Assembly (NCBI GenBank): GCA_951406725.2
Contig: OX597815.1
Coordinates: 77,810,001-77,874,000 of the forward strand
Direction of reading: 5' to 3'
From: Octopus vulgaris
Lineage: Eukaryota
DNA: 64,000 bases
Shown piece by piece: positions 1-13,198 of the stretch (within the stretch, counting starts at the first letter, position 1; each line of letters opens with the position of its first letter). A model generated the notes under the pieces. It was given only the letters and a program-made list of their open reading frames with translations, searched no databases and had not been told where the DNA came from. Position numbers and translations under genes: made by a program.

Positions 1-1559
1 TGTTGAGTCTAAGACAATTAGTATTTATGACAGCTGGTATTTAAGAGGCAATGAGAATTTAAGACAACTAACACTTAAGATACTAATGTCTAAGAAATGA
101 CATTTAGAAAATATAGTTTAGTAAAATTGTTTTATGAAAAATAAATAATATGAATAGCTTCTCTTGTATGTTTTATTAGCACAAGGTCAAAAAGTATATT
201 TATGGGTACTTTCCACTCTTCTTTGCTATTGTCATTCAGTGCAAGGCAGGGTTTACTAACCACTGCTATCATGCTGGAAAACCAGGTCATACCAGATGTT
301 ATATTTCAGAAACTTCTATACCCTTGCAGAAGACAAAAAAAACCCTCAACTATTAATTATTAGGAGAAGAACACAACATGAAATTGAGTACTTTAAAAAG
401 CTAATAGGGGGCAGAGATTTTTGGCATGTCATGGTGCAACACATCTTGGTTGCAGTGCCTTGAAAGTATTTTATCCTCTCAGTGTTTTCTGCTCTGTAAA
501 GTGGTTGGCATTAGGAAGGGCATCCAACTGTAGAAACCATGCTAAATCATACTGGAGTCAGGTGCAGCACCACTCCCCCTGCTTACTAGCTCTGGTCACA
601 CCGTCCAACCCATGCCAGCATGGACAATGGATGTTAAATGATGATGATAATGTTCTTATTTTTCCATACTGGCCAGTGTTAAATATTGTGTTTTCATGAG
701 TGAGTGTTCTAATATTATTTTGGCTGATGAGGTCATTAATGAGATTTAACCATATCTTGAGTTATTCCCCATACTTGTACTCACTGAAATGACATCAGTT
801 ATTGACTAGTATTGTGTTTTCCCTCACCACACAATCATTTCTTCTTAACTTTCTAATAAATACTTCCTGCATGAAATATGTTAATGCTAACTTAACTTTT
901 ACAAATCAGAGTTGACTAGATTCAGAAGGCAGTGGGTTATTTTAACAAATGAAATGAAATTAAAGAGCATTTTGAAAGTAAGAAGGTTGTGAAATTTAGG
1001 AAATTTTCTTCTTTTGTACTTGATTCATTTTTCCATGCCTTTAGGGATTGGCTGAGATAGAATAATTGTAAAGTTGCAATCCCTGAGCTAGAGACTGAGG
1101 AGGCTTTATTGCCAAAAAAACAGCTGACAAAATTCATGGCAAGATTTTTCTCCTAAAGGAAAAATGGTTTCTTTTATTCCTCTGACCTGTCAGATCCTGT
1201 CAAACCATCCATGGATTACAGATGCTAAATCATGATTATGATGATTATATATCAGTGCTTTCAGATGTTGTGATATACCACTGGTCACAAGATGCTATTT
1301 CATATTGTTGTAATTTTTGAATGATGCCACCTCATTGGCTAGGCATACAGGCAGGCCAACATTCCCTCTTAACAGGATAGCATTTTATAGTTGAGTGAAC
1401 TGAGTGACTGAAGTAACATGAAATGAAGTGTTCTGCTCAAGAACGCAATGTATCACCGGTCTGGGTTAGTGAGTGCAATGCTCTAACCAATAAAACCACA
1501 TGCCTTCACCCCCACTCCCCCTGCACACACACACACACACTATATATATATATAAAACT

Positions 1560-1872
1560 GGTACTCTGTCAGTTACGATGATGTGGGTTCTAACTGATCT
1601 GGTCAACACAACAGCCTGCTTGTGAAATTAATGAGCAAGTGGCTGAGCACTCCACAAACATGTGTATCCCTAACATAGTTCTCGAGGAGATTCAGCATGA
1701 CTCAGAGTGTGACAAGGCTGGCCCTTTGAAATACAGATACGGCTCATTTTCGCTAGTTGAGTGGGCTGGAGCAACATGACATGAAGTGTCTTGCTCAAGG
1801 ACACAATGCATCACCGAGAATTGAACTCATGACCTTATGACTGTAAGTCAAGTACCTTAACCACTACTAAGC

Positions 1873-1876
<4 letters not shown>
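1560..1876 (-). mobile_element. tRNA-derived SINE (family D); related copies at about 1270-1510, 8710-8990, 24390-24640 and 51355-51706
   Basis: Copies share the block gagtggactggagcaacgtgaaatgaagtgttttgctcaaggacacaa. A tRNA-like A/B-box head lies on the minus strand (gtggttaagg...gagttcaatt). Confidence 0.75.

Positions 1877-1877
<1 letters not shown>

Positions 1878-1923
<46 letters not shown>
1878..1923. repeat. (CA)n microsatellite; one of dozens of CA/TA/CT tracts (e.g. 3232-3270, 8367-8403, 46363-46507)
   Basis: Direct inspection of the sequence. Confidence 0.97.
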
Positions 1924-1925
<2 letters not shown>

Positions 1926-2255
1926 AGAGTTATGGTAAGTAATACAGCCTTTCTGTTGTGTTTCAGAGTGCAAAGATTTTGAGACAAATAAATTGAATGC
2001 AATCTCATTACTTCTGATGCCATGAATAAAGCATTCCGTACACATTGTAAAGTGGATGGCATTAGGAAGGGAAGCCATCCATAGAACCCATATCAAAACA
2101 GATGTTAGAGTGCAACACAGTTCTCTGACTCATTGAATCCTAGCAAATATCCAACCCATGATGATAAATAAATTATATAGACCTAATTTTGTTTACATTG
2201 TGCAGATGGTATAAATGTTAAAAGAATCTTGACCAATGTGTGCTATATTTTTCAG

Positions 2256-2412
2256 TTGACGACCTCCTCTGACAGTGAAAGTGAAGAAAATTCTGCAAGC
2301 CAAAATGATAAAGTATTAACAGATGATAGCCAATCTGACAAAAACTCTGCTTCTAGGATTTCTATACCTATAACATATGCTGAACCTTTTACAGACACAT
2401 TAACTGATGGAG
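2256..2412 (+). CDS. Internal coding exon (Ser/Asp/Glu-rich, low complexity) of an unidentified host gene
   Basis: Acceptor tatatttttcAG|TTG at 2255/2256 and donor GAG|GTAAGT at 2412/2413. The 157-nt frame is open: LTTSSDSESEENSASQNDKVLTDDSQSDKNSASRISIPITYAEPFTDTLTDG(G), phase 0 to phase 1. The sequence is non-repetitive. Confidence 0.7.
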
Positions 2413-3230
2413 GTAAGTACTATTTTACTTATGTTGTAGGTGTCTTTGCACTGATACTCTGACCTTTTCTTCTTTTATTTACTCTTTCATTTGTTCTTAT
2501 GTATCATGATGTCTGTTTCTGTGCCCATGACTCTTCTCTCTCTCACACACATTCTCTCATTACATATATTTACAAAGCACTGCAAAGCACTTACACAAAC
2601 ACTTCCTTCCATCAGGTTCATGTTACTCTACACTTTCTAAAGATTTTTTGATATGATTAATGATTTGTAGTTTAAAAAAAAAATCTTCTTCAAATATATA
2701 TGCATGTGTGTATGTGTAGAAATTTAAAATAAACTTACAAGTATGTGGTTTTAGCAAACAGTCTTGTTGTGTAAAGGCAGATATAATAAAAGCACAAGAA
2801 TTTTTTCTCTGTGATTAGAAAAGTGGTTGATCTAACTAGCTTCAGCATTTATTGATACCATATCAGAGATCACATACTTCTTCTTGTCCACAGAGAGAAT
2901 AGTACTTTATAGCTGTCTTTGGTGTATGTAAATTTGAACAGAGCTCATTTGCACAACAGTGCAAGTCTTGTCAGTGTTATTTACTTTCACATTTTTCTAT
3001 GCAAGTATAGATTGAGTGGAAACTTTTTTTAAGGCAAATTTTACAGCTGGATGCTCTTTCTGTCCTCAACCCTTACTGGTTTTTCAAGTGAGAGATTTTT
3101 TTTATTCCACAAGCCTTAGAAAGCAAAAAGCAAGCAGCCATAATTTCAACAAGGAATGTAAACAGCCTTTGGTTGTAAACATTCATGCATGCATGCATGC
3201 ACATGTACATGCATGCATCCACACACAGAT

Positions 3231-3275
<45 letters not shown>

Positions 3276-4417
3276 CTTCCTACAGTTTCTGCCTGCCAAA
3301 TTCATTTACAAAGCCTTTGTTGTCCCAAAACTATGCTAGGTGACACTTACCTTGGGTACCATACAGTGAAATCGAATCTGAAGTCATGTAGTTGCAAAGC
3401 AACCTCCTTATGTAGCCATTCATTTGCTTTGCTTAGACGGAGCTGACTTGGGTTTAAATTACATCATCATCATCATTATAATCATTAAAATCAGTTAGAT
3501 CCATTGTACTATTGCGTTCTTTTAGAACAAATCAATGAAAGATGGAATGCCAGGTCAACTGCTAGGTGTCACTTATTATTATGTACAATTAATAGTTGTT
3601 TGATTGCGTACATTTTCTGAATTTATAACTCTGTCAAAATCAACTTAACCTTTCGTATCTTAAAATAAGTATTTGAGATACATTCTAAATTTATTTTATA
3701 AGTCCTTGTCAAATGTTCAGTTATCTATCTCTGTACAATTGAGTTGCCTAACCCTTCTGTAACCCATACCCCTCATGAAATTACGCTCCATCATAATCAT
3801 CATCATTTTCAGTGTTTTAAAGTTTATGTTTCCAGACTAGTATGGATGAGATTAGACTTATTGAAATAATTTTCCTATGGCTGTATGACCTTTTTGTTGC
3901 TAACACCCACTAGTTTCCAATTTAGACACTATTTCCTCCTGTTCTTTTGAATGACAAACAAGTCAATGGCAGATATGTTTCCACAACAGATGTAAACAAT
4001 CACACCATGTATATGATGACATTAATTACACAGTGGACAGCCAATGTCAAGACTATGGACAAAAACCAGCCTATACATATACTAATACACGTGACTATCT
4101 ATTTATCCATCCATCCATCCATCTGTCTGTCAACTAAATCTTTCAAGCTGTTACTCAGGCATGGCTGCAGTCTGACGGTTGTAAAAGAGTGTTCTGGTAT
4201 ATCATAAGAGCAACAAATCATCTCTTTTAGTTTTAACATTTCTCTAATTAAGTAATTCTTCTTCATTCATGTTTTCTCAGCATACTTGATTCCATTCTTA
4301 AATTTCCTTCTGATATTCTGCTTACTGTTCATTATTCTTCTCTCTTCATATCTAGTCACCTTCTCTTTAATACCATATGTACTCTGTGCACTTGTGTTAA
4401 TAATGTTGGCTCTTACA

Positions 4418-4453
<36 letters not shown>

Positions 4454-4536
4454 TCTTTTATTAGCCACAAGAGCTCACATACAATAACATTAAAGGAGGT
4501 GCAACAACATTAAATAATGATAATAATAATAATGAT

Positions 4537-6447
4537 TGACAGAATATATGCTTTCCTTGAACAGAGATCTATCCTTCCACAAGCTCAAAAAGGCTGTAAA
4601 AGGAATTCTTATTGGTGCAATGATCAATTATTCATAAGTAAAATGAGTGTAGAGATTTGCTGGAGTAAAAAAAAAAGCACCTGAGTATGGCAGAGATAGA
4701 CTACAGGAAAGCATTTGATAGTGTCCCACATAATTGGCTACTCAAGGCCCTTGAGATAGATAAGATCTCTCCTGTCATCTCCAAATACTTACAAGGTAGC
4801 ATGGCCAAGTGGAACACATACCTCCTGAACCATAGTAATGGGATGAGCCAAACTAACAACATCAACATCAACAGAGACATCTTTCAATGTGACTCTCTCT
4901 CCCCCCTTATTCTTTTGCATGGCACTGATCTCTCTCTCAAATGAACTAAATAGTACCAGGTATGGGTTCAAAGCTTATAATACAATAATAAACCATCTGT
5001 TTTATATGGACGATTTGAAGCTGTTTGACAAAGAGCTAGCAGGGCTGCTAACAACTGTTGAAGAATTCAGTAATGACATCAGAATGGACTTTGACCTTGA
5101 TAAGTGTGCTAAAGCAACTTTTGTAAGATGCAAGCTCAGGCAAACAGCTCCCATTAGATTAGATACCGACACTACCACCAAGAAAATTACAAATACCTGG
5201 ATATAAACAAAGAAGATGGTATACAACATGCTACTATGAAGGAAAAAATAAGAAAGGAATATTGCAGGAGAATAAGACTCATATTAAAAACTGAACTCAA
5301 CTCTAAAAATCGCATCGAAGCCATTAACACACTGGTACTTCCAGTAATCCAATATAATTTTTACATCATTAACTGAAATCTTACAGAGCTCAATTGCCTG
5401 GACAGGAAGACAAGAAAATTACTTACTTCTAAGGACATTCACCACCCAAAAGCAGATGTTAATCATCTGTAACGATCTAGAAGTAATGGGGGAAGAGGAA
5501 TGATGCAGGTAGAACTGTGCTATAAGACCTCCACAATAGTAATGAACAGGTACTTATCCAATATAGAGGATTGGATGCTGTGACTTGCATGCAAACATGA
5601 AAGCAGCAAAAAATCACATTCCATTGTCAAGGAAGCTTGTAAATTTGCAAGGAAACTTGGCATTAATCCTGAAATATTTGAAGAACCTGAAACCACTGCC
5701 ACAAAACAAACAAAATGGATCAAGCAGACTGCAAAAAAAGAATTGGCAGAAACAAATTGAGGAGTGGTGGAGCCAGAAGCCTCTGCATGGACAGTATATA
5801 CTCCAAAGTCGAAATGCTGATGTAGATCAAACAACAACCCATCAGTGGCTGAGAAGTTCAGGATTGAAAGCAGAGACTGAAGGTTTCATATTGGTGGCAC
5901 AAGATCAAAGCTTGCTCATGAAAAACTACCAGGCTAATGTTCTTCAAAATGGTTCTGACCCTAAAGGCAGATTCTGTGACACGTTTGCTGAAGCAATAGA
6001 CCATCTTATCTCGGGATGTCCTGTGCTGACACCAAGCAAATACAAAACTAGCTACAATAGGGTAGGATAGTATTTATAGCAGAAAATATTTAAACACTAC
6101 AAAATCAGCAGTCTTGCTTATTTGTTTGAACATCATCCTGAGCCAGTTGTTGAAAGTAAAAGTGTCACTATCCTCTGGGATTTTCCAGTCAACACTGACA
6201 GAACAATCCAGGCTAATTGACCAGACATAATTATTAAAGACTGGGAAAAAAATATTTGTAGACTAATAGATGTAAGTGTTCCCATTGATAAAAATATATC
6301 TGTCAAGGAATTTGACAAACTAAGTAAATGTAAGGACCTGGAAATTGAAATACAAAAGATGTGGCATCTTAAAATAAGAACTGTACCTCTTATTGTAGGT
6401 GCTCTAGGTATGATAAAAAAAGGGATGTCAGAAACATCTGAACAGCA
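4537..6447 (+). mobile_element. 5'-truncated, frameshifted R4/Dong-like non-LTR retrotransposon (RT + CCHC + restriction-like endonuclease)
   Basis: RT motifs QKGCKR, IDYRKAFDSVPH, IFQCDSLSPL and HLFYMDDLKLF. Also KPLHGQY, LKAETEGFILVAQDQ, the zinc knuckle (C)RFC..AIDHLISGCP, the RLE-like PDIIIKD..IDVSVP, and VPLIVGALG. It starts immediately after a (TAA)n tract. Confidence 0.9.
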
Positions 6448-6454
6448 CTGTTCT

Positions 6455-6735
6455 TAGTTGGATGTATAACTAAAATAAAAGGAGAAAAAAAAAACAACAC
6501 AACATCCATGACTTTCAGAAGTATTGTTTCACTCTGAGAACTGTTGAAATATAGAATAAATTATCTGTGACACTCTCTCTACTTTTATTCACGTTCCTGT
6601 CATTTTTATGTTTTATCCTGAGTACCTTACATGTACTTATAGCTTTCATCAGTGTCTTTTTTTATTTAACTTGTTGCTGCTTTCTCTCCCTTCTACACTT
6701 TCCTGATAAGCTGTAGTGCACCTGAGCACTGGCCA
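6455..6735 (+). mobile_element. Degenerate CR1-type LINE 3' end
   Basis: KQHNIHDFQKYCFTLR and the 3' tail ctgtagtgcacctgagcactg are shared with the better copy at 40547-40850. Confidence 0.7.
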
Positions 6736-6796
6736 GCCTTTACAAACCTGGAAAAGTGGACATTAAGATGATGATGATTAGGATGATGATATCATA

Positions 6797-7203
6797 GGCA
6801 CAGTTGTGGCTATGTGGTAAGAAATTTGCTTCCCAACCACACAGTTTTGGGTTCAGTCCCACTGTATGACACCTTGGGCAAGCATCTTCTACTATAGCCT
6901 CAGGCTGACCAAAACCTTGTAAGTGGATTTGGTAGACAGGAATTGAAAAAGCCTGTCTTATGTATATGTGTGTGTGTGTGTGTGTGTGTTCATGTATGTC
7001 CCCCATCACCATTTGACAACCAGTGTTGGTGTGTTTATGTCCCCGCAACTTTGCCTTTTGGCAAAAGGGGGTAAAATAAGTACTGGGCTTCACAAAAAAA
7101 TAGGGCTGGGGGTCAATTAATTCAGCTAAAAATTCTTCAAGGTGGTGCCCCAGCATGGCCACAGCCTAATGACTGGAACGAGTAAAGGATAAGAGATAAA
7201 GAT
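6797..7203 (+). mobile_element. tRNA-derived SINE (family A, internal TG/TA tract); other copies at about 8232-8647(+), 11740-12090(-), 27750-28098(+), 30105-30535(+), 36170-36400(-), 39820-40222(-), 46915-47322(+) and 49110-49502(-)
   Basis: Head gtggctgtgtggtaag...ggttcagtcccactg (A/B box), core caccttgggcaagtgtcttctactatagcc, and tail gactgaaacaagtaaaaga recur across the window. Confidence 0.88.
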
Positions 7204-7829
7204 GTACATGAACTGCTAGAAGTAGCAATCAAATTCTCTTATGTCATACCCTACCATGACAAAACATAGAATATGTTGGACAAATTAACCTGGGCTAAAT
7301 AACAACAATGACAACAAAAGCAGCAGTATATAGCTCCATCAGTAACTTTATATCTCTGTAAACACTAGTGTCTTTACATAGAAGATCTCAACAGCTCTAT
7401 TTTCTCATCTATTGCTGCAAATATTTATGTTTACATATAAAGTAGATGTTATATATGTAATAATACACTTGGCATGCCAAAACTAAGTGGAGTAACTTGA
7501 CAGCCTGAAATGTCATCACACTTCTTGTACACTAACTATGTTGTTTACACCAGATTCAGTTTCTATATACTCTTACAGTTTGTCTGAACGAGTTTAATAT
7601 AAGGGTGGGATAATTATCAGCTCACATATAAAAGTATCCATTGCAACTGGTGGTGGTCTCCTTTGGTGAAAAGATATTTAAAAATATTTAGCAATTATTT
7701 AAACAAATCTTTTATTGGTTACAGTCACTGGGATGTGGCCATACTAGAGCACTACCTTTAAGGGTTTTTGGTCAATTATATACTCAAATACTTATACATA
7801 TATACATCAGCAGCAGCATCAGCATTGTC

Positions 7830-8190
7830 TATCTGAGAATCTAGTTTCTTCTTTGCTGAACGCTTCCTTTATGGTGATGGTATTGATGACTCTAGACCAA
7901 TCCTTGCATAGAAGAGTCAATGGCATTGACTGCATGGTAATGTAGGTGGAGAATGAGGTTGATTTTGTCAAGCCTTTCTCTTCTGTCATTTCATTTCTTC
8001 CTTTTCTTTTCTGGTGTCTTCAAAGTTTTTGGCTCTGATGGTGATGGAACACCGCCACTTGGTACAGTCTCAGGCTTGTGTTTCAAAGGATTTAGGCTCA
8101 AGTCCAGTGGCCTTCAGAGTTGCTTTGAGTTGGTTCTTGCATCTTCGAAGAGGGTAACCCTGTGATCTTTTCCCAGAAGCGAGCTCAATG
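7830..8190 (-). mobile_element. RTE-X/RTE LINE ORF2 3' end with terminal zinc-finger-like motif
   Basis: Minus-strand translation ELASGKRSQGYPLRRCKNQLKATLKATGLEPKSFETQA*DCTKWR...LPCSQCH*LFYARIGLES matches the RTE-X C-terminus. Confidence 0.8.
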
Positions 8191-8362
8191 AATAAAGCTT
8201 ATATGAATATATACATACATAAATACATATATGCTTCCCAACCATATGGTTCCAGGTTCAGTCCCACTGTGTGGCACATTGGGCAAATGTCTTCTACTAT
8301 AGCCTCAGGCCAACCAAAGCCTTGTGAGTGGATTTGGTAGATGGAAACTGAAAGAAGCCTGT

Positions 8363-8408
<46 letters not shown>

Positions 8409-9453
8409 CATACACACGTGTGTGTGTGTTTGTGTTTTGTGTCTGTTTGTCCCCATCACTGCTTGACAACTGATGTTGGTGTGTTTACGTTCCCATAACT
8501 TAGTGGTTCAGCAAAAGAGACTGATAAAATAAGTACTAGGCATTATAAATAAGTCCTGGTGTCGATTTGTTTGACTAAAACCTTTCAAGGTGGTGCTCCA
8601 GCATGGCCACAGTCAGATGATTGAAACAAGTAAAAGAATAAAAGAATATATACATACATGCATATCTTCCTCCCTCCATCTATCCATCCATCCCTCTCTC
8701 CTTGTATCAGCCGGACTATTAAGTGTTGTTATACACTGCTGGAAGCAATGTCTTACCTCTCATCGTAGCTTTCAAATGATGCCACCCTGCTGGCTAAGGT
8801 GGGCAGGCCAACATTTCCCCTGAATGGAATGCCAGTCCAGCACAGGATCACCCATTTACAGCTGAGTGGACTGAAGCTACATGCTATGAAGTGTTTTGCT
8901 TAAAAACGCAATACACTACCAATTTGGGATTTGAAACCATGATCTTCTGTTTGTGAGTGCAACAGTTCAACCACTCTGCCACAAGCCCTCACACATACAT
9001 ATATATGCACTCATGCAATGGATTTCTTTTTAAGTTTCCCTTAACCAAATTCATTCTCAAGGCTTTGGTCAGTCCAGAGCTTTAGTAGAAGACATTTGCC
9101 CAAGTTGCCATGCAGTAGGATTGAACCTAAATCCATGTGATTGCAAAATGAATTTGTTAACCACATAGTCATGCTTACTTATTTATGAATTAATTAGCTG
9201 CTGAAATATCAAATTTTGATATTAATTATTATATTTCTTTTGAAAATATATGCATTATTCATGTGACCTTGTAATTGTTTATATAATTCAAGAACAATCC
9301 AGAGAGAATTATATTTATCAATGTATTTGGTCTACATAAATGTAATCCCCATAATTTGAAACATGTTTGATAAGTGCCAGTGCATGAAATTGCCAGATCT
9401 TGAATCACTCTGTGACTTCTGCTGATTAATTTGTATATATATATATATATATA

Positions 9454-10582
9454 TACTAGCTGGTGTACCCGGTAATTCCCGGGGGTAAAGATGTTCTATT
9501 GAAATGTCTTATTACTCTGATATAAGAAAGCAATTTCATTATAACTGCAACAAAAGGTGTATTATCCATCACAAAAAAGTACAAAATCTGTCAGCTAGAG
9601 GAGGGGAGAAATTGTTGGAGGCTGGCGAGAGAGGTTTATGGAGGTTGGTAAAAAATATTCTCAGAGGTTGGCAAGAGAGGTTGTCAGATGTTGGCTAGAG
9701 AGGTTGTTATTCACAGAAAAACTATTGTTTTACAGTGAGAAAAGCGCTGTTGAAGTGTTAAGTGAAATTTGGCAATTGAGGATCGAATCCACACTATGCC
9801 TGCATGAAGCTACTACAAATACGTTGTGGAAAAAAAATTTATCTACTGTCATGGAGAGAGTGTAACTATAAAAATGCAGAATTATCAGAGTAATGGGCAT
9901 TCAAAAAAGTATGTATGTATAGAAATGTATGAATGAAGTCTTTAAGCTTTAAGATTCAAATTAAGGAAGTGCAATAATAATGTTTAGCAGTTCAAAATTC
10001 TGAGTAGTGAAATGCAGAATTAGGTCGAGTAATCGTGAGAATCAAATATTGATCGCTTTGCTAAAAACTGCAGGTGGTATGGGTTATTTCCCTTGGTTTG
10101 TTTAAATAAAATATTAGTAATATGTAGTAGATAGAAGGATACATTGGATGGGCCCTATTATAGATTTTTTCAACAATCTAAGTATGTCATGAGGTTTCAA
10201 GTCATGAGTTCTACTCACATGTCAAATAAAATAAAAAAGTGATATTGTCTGCAAAAATTAGAAATTGTACACAAAAAAATTAATATTCAAAGTAATCAAA
10301 CATAAGCAATGAAATGGGTTATTTCCCTTGAGTGTTTTATAAAAAAAATATTGTATATGTGGTATGGGTTATTTCCCTTGGGTGTTTAAAAAAAATTAGT
10401 TATATGAGGTAGATTTAAAGGTCCCTTCATGGGGCCATATTATTGACTTTTTTCAACAATATAAGTATGTCACGAGGTTTCCAGACATGAATTCTGCTCA
10501 CGTGTCAAGTTTCATCAAAATCAATAAAACAATGTAGGAGGAGTTAGATAACAATGCCACAAACAAACACTCAGCAATTTTC
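9454..10582 (-). mobile_element. Non-autonomous Helitron-like element inserted in (TA)n
   Basis: The minus-strand 3' end CTAGT is preceded by a CCCGG/CCGGG hairpin (9468-9483). ATGGGTTATTTCCCTTG occurs three times internally, with duplicated blocks at 10076-10230 and 10361-10510. The distal end has the typical aagtttcatcaaaatc...ggaggagttag...caaacaaac motif. Confidence 0.7.
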
Positions 10583-10584
10583 CA

Positions 10585-11300
10585 CATCATCATCATCATC
10601 GTTTAACGTCCATTTTCCATGCCAGCACAGGTTGGACGGTTCGACCAGGGTCTGGGAAGCCAGGAGGCTGCACCAGGCTCCAGTCTGAAGTGGCAGTGTT
10701 TCTACAGCTGGATGCCCTTCCTAACGCCAACCACTCCATGAGTTTAGTGGGGGCTTTTTATGTGCCACCGGCACAGGTGCCAGGGGAGGCTGGCAGCAGC
10801 CATGATCGGTTGGTGCTTTTTATGTGCCACATGCACAGAAGCCAGTCAAGGCAGCGCTGGCATCGGCCATGTTCGGATGGTGCTGTTTACGTGCCACCGG
10901 CACAGGTATCACAACTGCAATTTCCATTTGATTTTTTGATGTTGATGTACTTGACTCAATAGGTCTCTTCAAGCACAGCAGGTCATGTGCCACCGGCACA
11001 GAAGCCAGTCAAGGCGGCGCTGGCATCGGCCACATTCGGATGGTGCTTTTTACGTTCTGCCGGCACAGGTATCATAACTACAATTTCCATTTGATATTTA
11101 TTTTGATGCTGATGTACTTGACTCAATAGGTCTCCTCAAGTACAGCAGGTCACCCTACGATCTAAAGTAAGCACAGCAGGTCGTTCTGCAATCCAAGGTA
11201 CTTCGGATGGGCTGGGGCTATGCGAAACTGGTGCAGGAAGCAGCCATGAACTCACATTATTTGTCGGGTCTTTGCTGTTACAGCATATCTCCAGAGATCT
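10585..11300 (-). mobile_element. RTE-associated SINE/LINE tail element (family B, (TGA)n tail) with an internal ~165-bp tandem duplication; many shorter copies elsewhere (e.g. 490-650, 18115-18420, 33435-33779, 41590-41786, 49665-49890)
   Basis: Contains the recurrent ctacagctggatgcccttcctaacgccaaccac block and a (CAT)n end. Segment 10822-10984 is repeated at 10985-11151. Confidence 0.8.
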
Positions 11301-11319
11301 GTCTTTCATCATTGCCTCT

Positions 11320-11435
11320 GTGGATAAGGAGAGATGTGTGAAGAAGTGCCACTCCCAAATAGCTGAAGGTATCTGGGGGAGAGGTAGACCCAGGAAGACA
11401 TGGGATGAGGTAGTCAAGCATGACCTTCAAACATT
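11320..11435 (+). mobile_element. RTE LINE ORF2 3' fragment
   Basis: DKERCVKKCHSQIAEGIWGRGRPRKTWDEVVKHDLQT contains the GRGRPRKTW motif. Confidence 0.8.
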
Positions 11436-11446
11436 TCCACATGTAG

Positions 11447-11483
<37 letters not shown>

Positions 11484-13022
11484 ATATAAACAGACATAGA
11501 TATATACTTATATAATAGTTTCATGAATGTGTATGTGGTAAGAAGTAAAAAGTTCAGTTGCTGTCTGTCTACCTAATCTACTCACAAGGCTTTGGTTGGC
11601 CCAGGCTATAGTAGAAGTCATTTGCCCAAAGGGCCATGCATTAGGACTGAACTCAGAAACATGTGGTAGGGAAGCAAGCTTCTTACCAAACAGTCACTAT
11701 ATATTTATATATATATATATATCCTTAAATCCTTAAAAATGTTTTAGCCCGAAGGCTGCGGCCATGCTTATATACATATAAGTAAGCTAATTTTTTTAAA
11801 GCTTGGTACTTATTCTATTGGGCACTTTTGCTGAACTGCTAAGTTACAGGGATGTAAACACACCAACACTGATTGTCAAACGGTGGAAGGGGTGGGGAGG
11901 ACAAACAGCCACAAAGACACGCATGCACACACGCACACAAACACACAGAGTTTCTGTTTACCAAATCCACTGACAAGGCTTTGGTTGACTCAAGGCTCTA
12001 GTAGAAGACACTCAAGATGTCATGCATTGTGACTGAACCCTGAATCATGTGTTTGGGAAGCAAGCTTCTTACCACCCAGCCATGTCTGCACCTTGTGTGT
12101 TTACATTTTGTGTGCATGCGCGTCCGTGAGTGTGTGTAATTATGTTTTGAGTTCTATTTTCCTTTTTGTTTCACCAAACCTTTATTAATTATTGAGACAA
12201 CATAGGAAGTCTTAACTGTTAATAATTTGATTTATTATGTTGTTTATCATTATATACATGAAACAGGGATGTACCCCCCCCCCCACACTTATTGTGTTTG
12301 CTCATTAATAGTATGGCCTATCCTCTTAGCACTAAGTGACTAGTCAATTATCTTGTAGAGAACAACATATGACAGGAAAATAGATTTATAATATCTAATC
12401 TAAGAAGAAGGACTGGCAAGGACTCTCTGGTGTAATCAACAATATAGTCAGCTGGTAAGCAAAATATATAGGGTTCTAATCCTACATATTACATTGTTGT
12501 TCTTTTCTGTTTCAACTTGGTATAATATCATTTTAATTTTTAAATTGATTGATGTCAATTAAAGTTATTTAAAGCTTATATTTTAGCGATATTGTGGGTA
12601 GGATGTTTCAGCAATTTAAAATATGTATCTGTATCATTAGAATTACTTTATAATTATAATTAGTAATTTATTGTTTATCTGAAAAGTTACAAAATTGTTT
12701 TCTTACTTGAGTTGAAGTTATACAGTATTTCACCGAATATATGGAATATTCAAATCAGTTATAGGTACATTGGCTTACAGTTCTTTCTGAATGGCATACC
12801 AAAGGAAAAATTACCTTGAATTTTTGTAGTAGTGCTATTCACTTAATGGTGAGTCATGTCTCATGTAGTCCACATCTTGGAAAAGGTTGCTTATGTCTGA
12901 TCTAAATGGTATCTCCAAGAAGAACACAATAACAGCAGAAATAAAACAATGATGAGCCAATGAAGGTGCTTCAATATAGTCATTTGACCTGTTAGAGCCA
13001 GTAACCAAATCTCCCTCACATC

Positions 13023-13198
13023 CACTAGCATAGTTAGAGTGTGTGTCACCCAGAGTGGCCTTTCAGATTGCTGTCCTTGCCCCCCTCCCCGCCCCAAAAA
13101 ATACATGTTGCCTACAGCAGACCCAAAAGTGGTGCCACCCCCATAAAAGTACCACCCAGGGTGGATCACCCCTCCACTGCCCTCTAGCTACGCTAGTG
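13023..13198. mobile_element. hAT-like MITE (176 bp) inserted in an older repeat
   Basis: 17-bp TIRs CACTAGCATAGTTAGAG / CTCTAGCTACGCTAGTG (2 mismatches) and an 8-bp TSD CTCACATC / CTCATATC. Confidence 0.75.

Noticed and set aside
720-760. CTGATGA motif
   Set aside because: There is no downstream GAAA box or supporting stems.
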